Below, piece by piece: positions 28,102 through 36,983 of a stretch of DNA of 64,000 nucleotides. Numbering within the stretch: the stretch's first letter is position 1; every line of letters begins with the position of its first letter. Where the stretch lies: positions 114,090-178,089 of the forward strand of contig CANMKR010000001.1 of NCBI GenBank assembly GCA_947498625.1. Direction: 5' to 3'. This DNA comes from an uncultured Kangiella sp. (GTDB lineage: Bacteria; Pseudomonadota; Gammaproteobacteria; Enterobacterales; Kangiellaceae). The notes beneath the pieces are model-generated. The model had not been told where the DNA came from. It searched no databases and saw only the letters and a program-made list of their open reading frames with translations. The position numbers and the translations under genes were made by a program.

Positions 28102-30216
28102 ATGTCTGATTACGATGAATTGATCATAGTCACCCGGCCTCAACCTTATGCCGACGAACTTTGCGATCAACTTATCGCCAATCAGTTCCATGTCGAAAAT
28201 TGCCCCTTAATAGAATTTGTCGAAAATGATGCTTCAGATCTATCTAACTGGCTCAATCAGAAAGAAAGCTACGACTACATTATTTTCATAAGCCAACAAG
28301 CCGCGCAATTTTTCTTGCAACCACTCGACAAGCAGCAAGTTTCAACAATCAAAAGATCAACCCTTATCGCAGTAGGCAAAGCTACCCAAAAGGTTATCTC
28401 GGGTTTTAATTTAGAATCCAAGACTCCTCTCACTGCGGATAGCGAAGGTATTTTAGAGTTACTTTCAAGCTTGCTCGATTCAAAGCAACCAGCGAGTATT
28501 CTATTAGTTTGTGGTAATCAAGGCAGGAAACTTCTTGAAGCAGAGCTTGCCATTGAACATACCGTTAAGCGACTGGAAGTCTATCAACGAGTTGCCATTG
28601 CACAAACATTTCCTTCAATTAACAATCCTACTAAGACAGCGGTATTGGCTACTAGCGAGCAACTGTTGAGCTTAAGTGCCCATCAACTGTCTTTACAACA
28701 AACGCCGAAAATGCAAACAACTGAAAATTCTTTGCTACAATCGGTTGTGTTTATTTGTGCAAGTAGCAGAATAGAGCAGAGTGCTAAAGAGCTTGGAATT
28801 AAAAATACTCTAGTTGCCGCCAGTGCTTCGAATGAAGACATGTTGCAAGCAGCGATCAATTGGCGTTTACAGCTGCAGGCTAACGACAATATTATTCAGA
28901 CCAACTTTACAGAACAAAACCTTACACAGCAGAGTGATACCATGAGTGAATCGGATCAACACGAAAATGAAATCATCGAAGCCTTAGAGCTTGATCAGGA
29001 GCAAGATAACCATCAGAAACCTGCAAAAAAAGGCGGCATGCTGAAAACCGTTTTTTGGTTATTGCTGTTAGCAGCGATAGGTTATGGCGGTTACTGGTTA
29101 TGGAATCAAAATTATTTTAGTGGCACTGCTAGCAACCCTGAAACTAATAATGAACTCAGCCGTATTGTGACTCTCGAAAAACAGCTTAAATCTCAAAGCC
29201 TACAAATTGAGAATTTACTCAATTCAAATAGTCAGCATACTGCATCCAATGATGAACTTAAGCAAGAATTAGCAAGACAGGTAGAATCATTACAACAGCA
29301 ATTGGTCGTCAGTCAGCGTAAATTCCAATCTTTAAGCGCAGACGCCGCTACCCAAGCTCGTGATTGGCAAATTGCCGAAGCCGAGTACTTAATTCGACAA
29401 GCTGCCCAAAAAGTTCACTACTCTGACGACACGGCTTCAATCATTGCTTTATTAGAAGCCGCCGACCAACAAATATTAGCCAGTGGCGATACTAATTTGT
29501 TAGGTTTACGCCGCGCTATTAGTCAAGACATTGGGCAAATCAAATCAAATGTTAGCATCGACATAGACGGTATTTTAGTTAAACTGGATACGATTCAGTC
29601 ACAACTTAAAGACTTAACCTTAGCCAGCGTGAAATTTGATGAGGCCGCTTCTAGCGAGGCCAATGAAACCGAAATCACTGAAGATTCAGCATGGCAAACA
29701 TTTAAGAGCAATATCAAAAATACCTTTAGTGATTATTACAAAGTACATAGTTACGACCAATCCGTTAAACCATTTATCAGCCCTCAACAATCGGATTTAT
29801 TACAGCAGAATATTTTGTTAAGCCTGCAAACTGCTCAACTATCAGCATTGCGTCACCAACAGCAAAGTTATGATCGTTCAATCGCTGAAGTGGCCAGCTG
29901 GATTAGCGAATACTATCAAAAAGATAGCGCTTCGAATTTTGTTCAGGAACAATTGCAACAACTTGCAAAAGCCAAAGTTTCTGTGCAATTGCCGAATAAA
30001 TTTCAATCGTTGGATTTTATTAAATCGAATAATCAAGAACGATTAAATCAATGGCTACAAAGTTCACCATTAGAATCTCCTGCTGCATCAACCACCACTG
30101 ATATTGTAGAAGACGATGAAATAGGTGAAAGCGGTAATATCGATGCTAAGATAAAAAACACTTTAGAGCGTTTAGAAAAAACATCTGATGATTCTAAAAA
30201 GGATGGAGAACAATAA
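28102..30216 (+). CDS. hemD-hemX: Single 704 aa ORF fusing uroporphyrinogen-III synthase (HemD, N-terminal about 265 aa) to a HemX-like membrane-anchored coiled-coil protein.
   Basis: The N-terminal HemD fold (IIVTRPQPYADEL...) is followed by an acidic linker, one TM helix (MLKTVFWLLLLAAIGYGGYWLW) and a long Q-rich coiled coil typical of HemX. There is no stop codon between the two parts. Confidence 0.7.
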   Translation: MSDYDELIIVTRPQPYADELCDQLIANQFHVENCPLIEFVENDASDLSNWLNQKESYDYIIFISQQAAQFFLQPLDKQQVSTIKRSTLIAVGKATQKVISGFNLESKTPLTADSEGILELLSSLLDSKQPASILLVCGNQGRKLLEAELAIEHTVKRLEVYQRVAIAQTFPSINNPTKTAVLATSEQLLSLSAHQLSLQQTPKMQTTENSLLQSVVFICASSRIEQSAKELGIKNTLVAASASNEDMLQAAINWRLQLQANDNIIQTNFTEQNLTQQSDTMSESDQHENEIIEALELDQEQDNHQKPAKKGGMLKTVFWLLLLAAIGYGGYWLWNQNYFSGTASNPETNNELSRIVTLEKQLKSQSLQIENLLNSNSQHTASNDELKQELARQVESLQQQLVVSQRKFQSLSADAATQARDWQIAEAEYLIRQAAQKVHYSDDTASIIALLEAADQQILASGDTNLLGLRRAISQDIGQIKSNVSIDIDGILVKLDTIQSQLKDLTLASVKFDEAASSEANETEITEDSAWQTFKSNIKNTFSDYYKVHSYDQSVKPFISPQQSDLLQQNILLSLQTAQLSALRHQQQSYDRSIAEVASWISEYYQKDSASNFVQEQLQQLAKAKVSVQLPNKFQSLDFIKSNNQERLNQWLQSSPLESPAASTTTDIVEDDEIGESGNIDAKIKNTLERLEKTSDDSKKDGEQ

Positions 30217-31403
30217 TGAAATTGCGTTGGTATTTATTGGCAGGCCTTTTCATTGGTTTACTATCGGTTCCTTTTGTTAGAAACATTAAAGGTTCTACTT
30301 ATATTTTATTTGACAAAACTGCTATCGAGTTCCAAAACTATTTTGCCGTTACGGTATTAATTATCGCCGCATTAGTTTTATGGCTAGGCTGGATTTTAAT
30401 TCGTTATTTACTGACCACTAGCAATAAAACCCTTGGCTGGTTTGGTGGTAGAAAATCTTTAAAAGCACGCCAGCAAACTATCGATGGCATGATTGCTTTA
30501 TCTGAAGGCCATTGGAAAACAGCTGAAGGCTTGCTTAGCAAAAGCGCCTCCGCTAACAACACTAAGCTTATCAATTACCTTGGCGCCGCCAGAGCTGCCC
30601 AATATCAGGGTGACATTAAACAGCGTGACCATTATTTGAAATTAGCCGCCAACTCCGAACCCGAAGCACAAATGGCGGTTGGCCTTACACAAGTTGAGTT
30701 GCAAATTGGCAGTAAAGAATACGAAAGCGCATTGGCTGGCTTAAATCATCTTAAAACCATTAATGCAAATCACCCCTTTGTCTTGAAATTGTTACACAAA
30801 GTCTACGTAAACCTTAACGATTGGAAAGCCATTATAGAAATCTTGCCTAAGATAAAAAAACATGGCGTTTTTGATGAAGAATATTTTCAGAAGATTGAAT
30901 TAGAAGCATGGCGACAGCGCTTTAATCGCGCAAAAGCTTCTGAAACTAAAGGCAATGATAAGATATTTGGACTCTGGGAAGAGCTACATCGCTCTTTGAA
31001 AAAAGATCCAAGTATAGTCAAAGTGTATGCCACTGCTTTATTAGAAGATGAACAAACCGATTTAGCCGAGCAAACCATTAAGCAAAGTCTAAAGCAGGAA
31101 TGGAATAACGATCTGGTTTCTCTATATGCTACTATTAATAGTAGCAATCCAAGCAAAGCTTTAGCTCACGCCGAGCAATGGCTAAAAGCCAATCCTGCAA
31201 ATGCCGAGCTTTTATATTGCCTTGGATACTTATCTCTAAAGTCAAAACTGTGGGGCAAAGCTAGCAATTACCTAGAGCAAAGCATCGAAATTTCACCCAG
31301 TGCAAAGGCTTTTTACGCATTAGCTCAGTCTTATGAACAATCTGGCCATCCTATAAACGCACAGGAAACCTATCAGAAAGGTTTAGAGTTCGCATCAAAA
31401 TAA
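30216..31403 (+). CDS. hemY: HemY-family TPR membrane protein.
   Basis: The N-terminus is HemY_N-like with two TM helices, followed by TPR repeats. It is the last gene of the hemCDXY cluster. Confidence 0.8.
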   Translation: MKLRWYLLAGLFIGLLSVPFVRNIKGSTYILFDKTAIEFQNYFAVTVLIIAALVLWLGWILIRYLLTTSNKTLGWFGGRKSLKARQQTIDGMIALSEGHWKTAEGLLSKSASANNTKLINYLGAARAAQYQGDIKQRDHYLKLAANSEPEAQMAVGLTQVELQIGSKEYESALAGLNHLKTINANHPFVLKLLHKVYVNLNDWKAIIEILPKIKKHGVFDEEYFQKIELEAWRQRFNRAKASETKGNDKIFGLWEELHRSLKKDPSIVKVYATALLEDEQTDLAEQTIKQSLKQEWNNDLVSLYATINSSNPSKALAHAEQWLKANPANAELLYCLGYLSLKSKLWGKASNYLEQSIEISPSAKAFYALAQSYEQSGHPINAQETYQKGLEFASK

Positions 31404-31440
31404 AAAGCGGGGCTACTGCCCCGCTTAATTTGCTTTATCA
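31404..31440. terminator. Bidirectional rho-independent terminator shared by hemY (+) and the SPFH gene (-).
   Basis: The hairpin GCGGGGC-tact-GCCCCGC has an A-run upstream and a T-rich tract downstream. The SPFH stop codon lies immediately at the hairpin edge. Confidence 0.8.
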
Positions 31441-32606
31441 GAAATAGAAACTAAGCCGTTTAATACTCCGTTTAATCCATCATATACATTAATCTTGTCT
31501 ACTTTTTGAGTCACTTTCTCTAAAGTTTCTAATTCTTTTAACCGCATTAATGTAGCGTTATTTTCCATCATTTTAGCGGTGTTATATAAAGATCTTGTTG
31601 CGGCAGTTTCTTCTCTCCGCTTAATCAAATTGGCTTCAGCAGCTTTTTGCGCTTGCACCACTTGATTTAAGATCTCTTTCATTTCACCAGGTAAAATAAT
31701 GTCCTTAATCCCTACATTAGCAACAGAAATTCCATACTGATAAATCACGCTTTGAATATCCTTTTCAATCACATCATTTAAAGCGGTTTTATCTGCTAAC
31801 AACTCATCTAATGATTTTGTTCCAACTGCTTTTCTTAAAGCCAATTGCATAGTCTTATAAACTAAGTCTACAACATCATTTACTTTAGTCAACATAGTCA
31901 TCACATCTTCAACTTGATAATTTGCATTTAAGTTAATTCTCAAGCTAACTCTGTCCTTGGTTAAAATTTCTTGGCCTGAAACTTCAATGTTCTGTAATTT
32001 CATATCCATAACTTTTACAGCGACGTTTTGGTTATATCTCCAATACCCATAAGTTCCAGTATTCAAAACTTTCATTACCTTACCATTAATGGTCAACAAG
32101 CCTTTTTCCTGTGTTCCAACTTGTGCAACATAAATTGCATCTTGTAATTTTCTTGATAAAGCTAAATTTGCATTACCCTGCATCAAGCTAATTACTTTCT
32201 TGTTAACTTGCTCATTTTCAGTCAAATCATACTTTTCAACCTTTAAAGTTTGATTTGTCTTCCAATAAGTCGCATAAGATCCTGTTTTCAAGACTTCCGT
32301 TAACTTATTGTCGATATAGATCAATGCAACTTCTTGATCTGACGTTTCAACAACATCGACTAACTCACCTAATTTATCAGCATACTGATTCATCAAGTAT
32401 TTGTTTCTTGCATGCTCAAATTTGACGTTAGTGATGTCGTATCTTTCAACAATAACTTCATCAATGAAGCTAGTAATCAAATACTGGCCTGCAATTAAAA
32501 CTTTATCCAAGTTCTTATTTCTATACACCAATACTCTTTCGTTATCGGCAACTTTTACTTTGTTAATTCCTAACATTTTTATCTCCTTGCTTTTTATTAT
32601 TAGCAA
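31425..32606 (-). CDS. SPFH (band-7/stomatin/flotillin-like) domain protein, apparently soluble, with three N-terminal ~45 aa repeats.
   Basis: The C-terminal SPFH core is IEVSGQEILTKDRVSL...GIKDIILPGEMKEILNQVVQAQKAAEA. N-terminal repeats are of the form VLIAGQYL...YDITN, VLKTGSYATYW...YDLTE and VLNTGTYGYWRYNQ. No TM segment was seen. Confidence 0.65.
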   Translation of the reverse strand: MLIIKSKEIKMLGINKVKVADNERVLVYRNKNLDKVLIAGQYLITSFIDEVIVERYDITNVKFEHARNKYLMNQYADKLGELVDVVETSDQEVALIYIDNKLTEVLKTGSYATYWKTNQTLKVEKYDLTENEQVNKKVISLMQGNANLALSRKLQDAIYVAQVGTQEKGLLTINGKVMKVLNTGTYGYWRYNQNVAVKVMDMKLQNIEVSGQEILTKDRVSLRINLNANYQVEDVMTMLTKVNDVVDLVYKTMQLALRKAVGTKSLDELLADKTALNDVIEKDIQSVIYQYGISVANVGIKDIILPGEMKEILNQVVQAQKAAEANLIKRREETAATRSLYNTAKMMENNATLMRLKELETLEKVTQKVDKINVYDGLNGVLNGLVSISDKAN

Positions 32607-32825
32607 TAATTGCGAGGTGCCTGCCTTAATAAACTGGTATCAAGTTTCTAATAAATCAGAATCCATACGCTGTTCGGCTTCCTGCCTAATCCTATTGTTA
32701 TGTTTTATCCATTCCATTTTGAACATTGTACAGTTCGGGAATTATTAAATTGACCGAATACACATTTATCTTGGCTGGTGCTTTAAGCTCTATACCAGCA
32801 ACTTAAAAACACCGACACCTCTTAG

Positions 32826-32964
32826 TTTTACATTATGGGGATTCGAACCCCAGACTTTCGCCTTTGCCATGAACACCTTATGAGGGTGTAGTACTTTGAT
32901 CGGAGTTGAACCGACGACAAATAGGATCTTGGCCTATCGCTCTACCCGACTGAGCTACAAAGTC
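32826..32964 (-). pseudogene. Degenerate tRNA-like tandem. A 74-nt cloverleaf-compatible but aberrant tRNA-like module (32891-32964) abuts a 3' tRNA fragment with a CAT anticodon arm and T-arm (32826-32890).
   Basis: Module A has the D-arm TAGCTCAGTCGGGTAGAGC and the T-arm GTCGG-TTCAACT-CCGAT. Its anticodon loop CCAAGAT has C33 and A34. It has a G1-A72 mismatch and no encoded CCA. Module B has the anticodon arm ACACC-CTCATAA-GGTGT and a perfect T-arm TGGGG-TTCGAAT-CCCCA, but no D-arm or 5' acceptor. Confidence 0.45.
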
Positions 32965-33115
32965 CGCTGGATTTACAGTCCAGTTCTTAGCAATCAATAA
33001 TCTTGGTACACAGTAAAGCAATGCTCCTGCGCCAGCCTGCATGAGATACAGAGCCGCTAATCATATTGATCATCTAAGTCGTTTATCGATACTTTTTAAT
33101 GCAAGTATCGAAATT

Positions 33116-33192
33116 TGGTGCGTCTGGTAGGGATCGAACCTACAGCCCTCCGGTTAAAAGCCGGATGCTCTAGCCATTTGAGCTACAAACGC
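33116..33192 (-). tRNA. tRNA-Lys (anticodon TTT).
   Basis: The reverse complement folds as a canonical cloverleaf: GCGTTTGTAGCTCAAATGGCTAGAGCATCCGGCTTTTAACCGGAGGGCTGTAGGTTCGATCCCTACCAGACGCACCA. The anticodon loop is CTTTTAA and the CCA is encoded. Confidence 0.9.
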
Positions 33193-33210
33193 TTTTCTCT
33201 ATTTATAAAT

Positions 33211-33285
33211 TGGCGCACTTGGTAGGATTTGAACCTACGACCAACTGGTTAACAGCCAGCTGCTCTACCAATGAGCTACAAGTGC
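33211..33285 (-). tRNA. tRNA-Asn (anticodon GTT).
   Basis: The reverse complement is GCACTTGTAGCTCATTGGTAGAGCAGCTGGCTGTTAACCAGTTGGTCGTAGGTTCAAATCCTACCAAGTGCGCCA. The anticodon loop is CTGTTAA and the CCA is encoded. Confidence 0.9.
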
Positions 33286-33293
33286 ATTTTTAT

Positions 33294-33492
33294 TTATCGG
33301 CAATAGTAATCTCTTCTGCTACCGTCATATTTTCCAGTTTTCATGCAGCAATTTTTAAAAACTCCTCCACGAGCGACATGGACAGGGATCATTTCGACCT
33401 AATTTTTCAAGCAGTTCTTTACTGCCGTGAACTACTCTTTCCCCTTTCTTAACTTGGGTTTCTGAAGGGAACCCTTTTCTACGCTTACTCAT
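33294..33492 (-). pseudogene. Small SEC-C (SecA C-terminal-like) metal-binding-motif protein, disrupted by a frameshift.
   Basis: From ATG at 33492 the reading frame gives [46 protein letters not shown] -1 shift continues as [24 protein letters not shown]. This restores the SEC-C consensus PCPC-SG--FK-CC. The intact form would be about 65 aa. Confidence 0.5.
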
Positions 33493-33796
33493 TTTTTCAA
33501 TGAATAGATCCTCGAAAGGAATAGCTACTAGTTTTAAAATTCTTCATAAGTCACCTCCAATTGGGCATAAAAAAACCCTATTAAACGAATGCCTAACAGG
33601 GTTCTATCCTGAGAGGCATTAGCCCCTCAAATATAAAGAGACTAATTCTAAATAATTACATCGTAGTTTTTATTAGCATGTTCATTTCTAGCAAATTTTA
33701 TTTGCATACACTGGCGCGCCATTTCACTTTTATATAAAAGTAAATCTGTTGGTATTAATATTTTTCGCATTAAGTACATAAAGTTTTCCAATAAAA

Positions 33797-33838
33797 AACC
33801 CCGAGAGATTTACCTTTCGGGGTTTTTTTATTTCCGAA
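33797..33838. terminator. Bidirectional terminator-like hairpin inside a ~530-nt non-coding region. Two weaker hairpins follow at 33842-33872 and 33888-33912.
   Basis: The sequence is AAAAAA-CCCCGAGAG-atttacctt-TCGGGG-TTTTTTT. Confidence 0.55.
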
Positions 33839-34024
33839 AGGCGCTTATATAGCAGCGCCTTTCTAAATTTGTAGGCGCACGCTATACTGGAGATATCTCC
33901 CAGTTTTTATTCAATAGTTGATGTAAATTAAAATAGCGTTTCATTTTATTTCTCGTAAAAATTTAAATTAAGTTGCAAACTTGTGTTTGCGTGGCGAAGA
34001 ATAATACTCTTGAAAAAAATAAAG

Positions 34025-34222
34025 TCAAATAGTTTTTATATTTATTTGTAAGTTATTTTTTTGTTTTTCTTCCTCAGTCAAAACTTCTCTAAAACTACAC
34101 TCTACACATTCTCGCACCGGCTTAGCGTCTTCACGATAAAAAACCAGTACATCTAGTTGATTGCATTGCGGGCATTTTGCTCCTGCAATAAATTGTTTTT
34201 TTGTGCTTTGCTCTATCGTCAT
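34025..34222 (-). CDS. yheV: YheV-family small zinc-ribbon protein.
   Basis: The 65 aa product has two CxxC pairs (CPQCN ... CVECS), consistent with DUF2387/YheV. Confidence 0.55.
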   Translation of the reverse strand: MTIEQSTKKQFIAGAKCPQCNQLDVLVFYREDAKPVRECVECSFREVLTEEEKQKNNLQINIKTI

Positions 34223-34278
34223 TGTAATTAGTTTAGCTTTGATTTATGGTTTGCTTATTCCAATAATTCGATAATATT

Positions 34279-35649
34279 ATGCCACTATCAGAACTCGGCT
34301 GGCTCACTATCTTGCCACCTATTTTAGCAATTATCATTGCTATCTGGAAACGCCACGTTATTTTAGCACTCGTTGTTGCTATCTTCTCTGCTGAGTTATT
34401 GCTGACAGCCGGCAATCCTTTCAGTGCTTTTGTGCAAATGGTTGATAGAACCGTCGGTATTTTCTCGAGTGGCTATAGCACTAAGGTCTTATTGTTTAGT
34501 TTATTAATCGGTGCTTTGATTCATCTGATCCAGCAATCGGGTGGTGTTGGCGCTTTAGTAAACTGGTTGACCTCAAAAAAATACGTACATAACCAAAGAC
34601 GTGCTGGTTTGCTTCCTGCGATCTTAGGCTCTAGTATTTTTATCGATACCAATATGAGCGTTTTGACCGCCGGTGTTTCTTCGCAAAACCTATTCGATCG
34701 TTTCAAGATGAGTCGTGCTCGTTTAGCTTATATTATCGACTCTACTTGCGCGCCTATTAGTGTTTTAATTTTAATCAATGGTTGGGGAGCTGCAATTCTT
34801 GGTTATGTTAGCGACACTCCTGTTGCAAATGCCAATGCTGTGGTCTTTGGAAGTATTCCCTTTAACTTTTACGCCATAGTTACTTTGGTCATTGTTTTCT
34901 ATACCGTCATTAGCACTAAAGTTTATGGCCCGATGAAAACTGCTGAATTAAAAGCTGTTGAAGCCAATACTCCTACGGAAACTATCAGCGCGACCAAGAA
35001 GCGGTTTATGTTAATTCCTTTAGTTACCATGATCGCGAGCATATTAATTTTTATGTACATCACCGGTAATGGCAATATTACTCAAGGCTCAGGTTCCTCT
35101 TCAGTGCTATGGGCCATTATTATCTCTATCTTAGTAGCAGCACTATTACTTCGCTTTAATGGTAATAAAACCACTGAGCAATTAACCGAGGAGTGCTTTA
35201 CCGGTATGGGTAAACTGTTGCCCTTAGTGACTCTTGTGTTATTGGCCTTTGTTTTATCCTCCGCCATGAAAGCTTTGGGTACTGGTGATTTTGTCGCCTC
35301 AGCCATCAGTGATAATTTACCGGTGTGGTCTATTCCAGCTTTAACCTTTGTGCTCGCTGGATTTATTGCTTTTACCACCGGCACTTCTTGGGGCACTTTT
35401 GGAATATTAATCGGTATCGTTATGCCTATTGCTTTACAGCTTGGTATCGACCCGAGTTTATTGTTAGGTGCAGTTCTGGGCGGCGCTGTGTTTGGCGATC
35501 ATGCCTCCCCCATTTCCGATACCACCGTTATATCTTCTCTGGCCGCAGGCTGTGACTTATTAGAGCATGTTAAAACTCAATTACCTTATGCCTTATTCGC
35601 TGGCTCTATAACCATTGTCTTTTATCTAATAGCTGGTGTGATTGGGTAG
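34279..35649 (+). CDS. nhaC: Na+/H+ antiporter, NhaC family.
   Basis: The 456 aa polytopic product has a topology and conserved segments consistent with NhaC. Confidence 0.65.
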   Translation: MPLSELGWLTILPPILAIIIAIWKRHVILALVVAIFSAELLLTAGNPFSAFVQMVDRTVGIFSSGYSTKVLLFSLLIGALIHLIQQSGGVGALVNWLTSKKYVHNQRRAGLLPAILGSSIFIDTNMSVLTAGVSSQNLFDRFKMSRARLAYIIDSTCAPISVLILINGWGAAILGYVSDTPVANANAVVFGSIPFNFYAIVTLVIVFYTVISTKVYGPMKTAELKAVEANTPTETISATKKRFMLIPLVTMIASILIFMYITGNGNITQGSGSSSVLWAIIISILVAALLLRFNGNKTTEQLTEECFTGMGKLLPLVTLVLLAFVLSSAMKALGTGDFVASAISDNLPVWSIPALTFVLAGFIAFTTGTSWGTFGILIGIVMPIALQLGIDPSLLLGAVLGGAVFGDHASPISDTTVISSLAAGCDLLEHVKTQLPYALFAGSITIVFYLIAGVIG

Positions 35650-35656
35650 GCCTATG

Positions 35657-36427
35657 AGCAAATTACGATATGGGGTTGTCGGCAACCCTATTTCCCACAG
35701 TTTGTCGCCAAACTTACATCAACAGTTTGCCCAGCAGTTTGCTTTAGATATTCGTTATTCAAAAATTTGCGCCACCAGCAAAGGCTTCAATCGAGTCTTA
35801 AATGATTTTTTTCAGGCTGGAGGTAAAGGGTTAAATGTGACTGCGCCTTTTAAACTTCAGGCGCTTGATTATGCACATATGATCACTCAGCGTGCTGAAG
35901 ATGCTAATAGCGTAAACACCTTAGTGATGACTAAAGATGGTATTCTTGGCGATAGCACTGACGGTATGGGGTTTTTAAGAGATCTTTATAACAAGCAAAT
36001 CGATTTTAATAATAAGCGCGCTGTTTTGCTCGGCGCTGGCGGTGTCGCCCGCTGCATTGCTTCTTCCTTATTACTCGATGGTTTTGAAGTTTATTTGATC
36101 AATCGAACTCAATCTAAAGCCCAGCAACTCACACAAGAACTAAAACATCTTGGTCATATTAAAGTTTATGAAAAAGAAGACCATATCGATTTAGTGGTTA
36201 ACTCTGTGAGCAAAAATGGCGAACGCTTTTTAAAAGATATTTACTTTGATCTTGATGCTAAAGCCTATGATCTAAATTATGGCGAAAAAGCGGAAGTCTT
36301 TTTGAACCACGCCAAAGGATTCACTACTCAACAAATTAATGGCCTTGGCATGCTAATCGAGCAAGGCGCGGAATCATTTGGACTTTGGACGGGAAAGCAT
36401 CCAGATACCAGTAAAATTATTCTTTGA
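35657..36427 (+). CDS. aroE: Shikimate dehydrogenase.
   Basis: YGVVGNPISHSLSPNLH is at the N-terminus and the NADP-binding motif is GAGGVARC. The start chosen is MSKLRYG. The ORF track extends it to 35642. Confidence 0.85.
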   Translation, partial: SKLRYGVVGNPISHSLSPNLHQQFAQQFALDIRYSKICATSKGFNRVLNDFFQAGGKGLNVTAPFKLQALDYAHMITQRAEDANSVNTLVMTKDGILGDSTDGMGFLRDLYNKQIDFNNKRAVLLGAGGVARCIASSLLLDGFEVYLINRTQSKAQQLTQELKHLGHIKVYEKEDHIDLVVNSVSKNGERFLKDIYFDLDAKAYDLNYGEKAEVFLNHAKGFTTQQINGLGMLIEQGAESFGLWTGKHPDTSKIIL

Positions 36428-36836
36428 CGGGTTGCACTTCGCTAAGTCTTCTTTGCCCAAAATAAGCTCCACATGCGGTTGCTAATACAAACTTTAAGAT
36501 CTCTTGAGTTAAACCACTAAATATCAAAGCTAGTGGCAGTTGGGCATTGACCGAAAATTTCATTGTTCCCAATAGTAAATCAGAAAAAATCACAGTCAGA
36601 ATAAATGCCAACAACCCAAGAACCATCCCACTTAACAATACATTTTCCTTCACTAAAATACCAACTATCAACCCAGGAATAAGCCATCTGAAGATATCTA
36701 ACCAACGCGTTGTTTCTGATAACCAATAGTCTGTTTTAGTGCCAGCATATGCGATTGACGCAATATAAAAGGATAAATAATAAATTAAAAGGGACACAAC
36801 CAAACCAGTTAAGAGAGCAGTAATTCCTTTTTTCAT
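36417..36836 (-). CDS. Hypothetical membrane protein (4 TM).
   Basis: The 139 aa product is hydrophobic. No homology was recognised. Confidence 0.35.
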   Translation of the reverse strand: MKKGITALLTGLVVSLLIYYLSFYIASIAYAGTKTDYWLSETTRWLDIFRWLIPGLIVGILVKENVLLSGMVLGLLAFILTVIFSDLLLGTMKFSVNAQLPLALIFSGLTQEILKFVLATACGAYFGQRRLSEVQPVKE

Positions 36837-36983
36837 TGTATCAATAATACCTACAGTTCGTTTGTTTAAAATGTTTCTAGCTTCTGAGCAAAGATAAGGC
36901 GCGGCAAAAGTTGATTAGAAAGCGGAGCCTACATTAGTAGGTGAGCAAGTTCTAATTAACTTTTAACAAAGCATTATCGAAGT

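Noticed and set aside
33210-33452. 80 aa ORF on the plus strand.
   Set aside because: It overlaps tRNA-Asn antisense and the frameshifted SEC-C gene. It is explained by those features.
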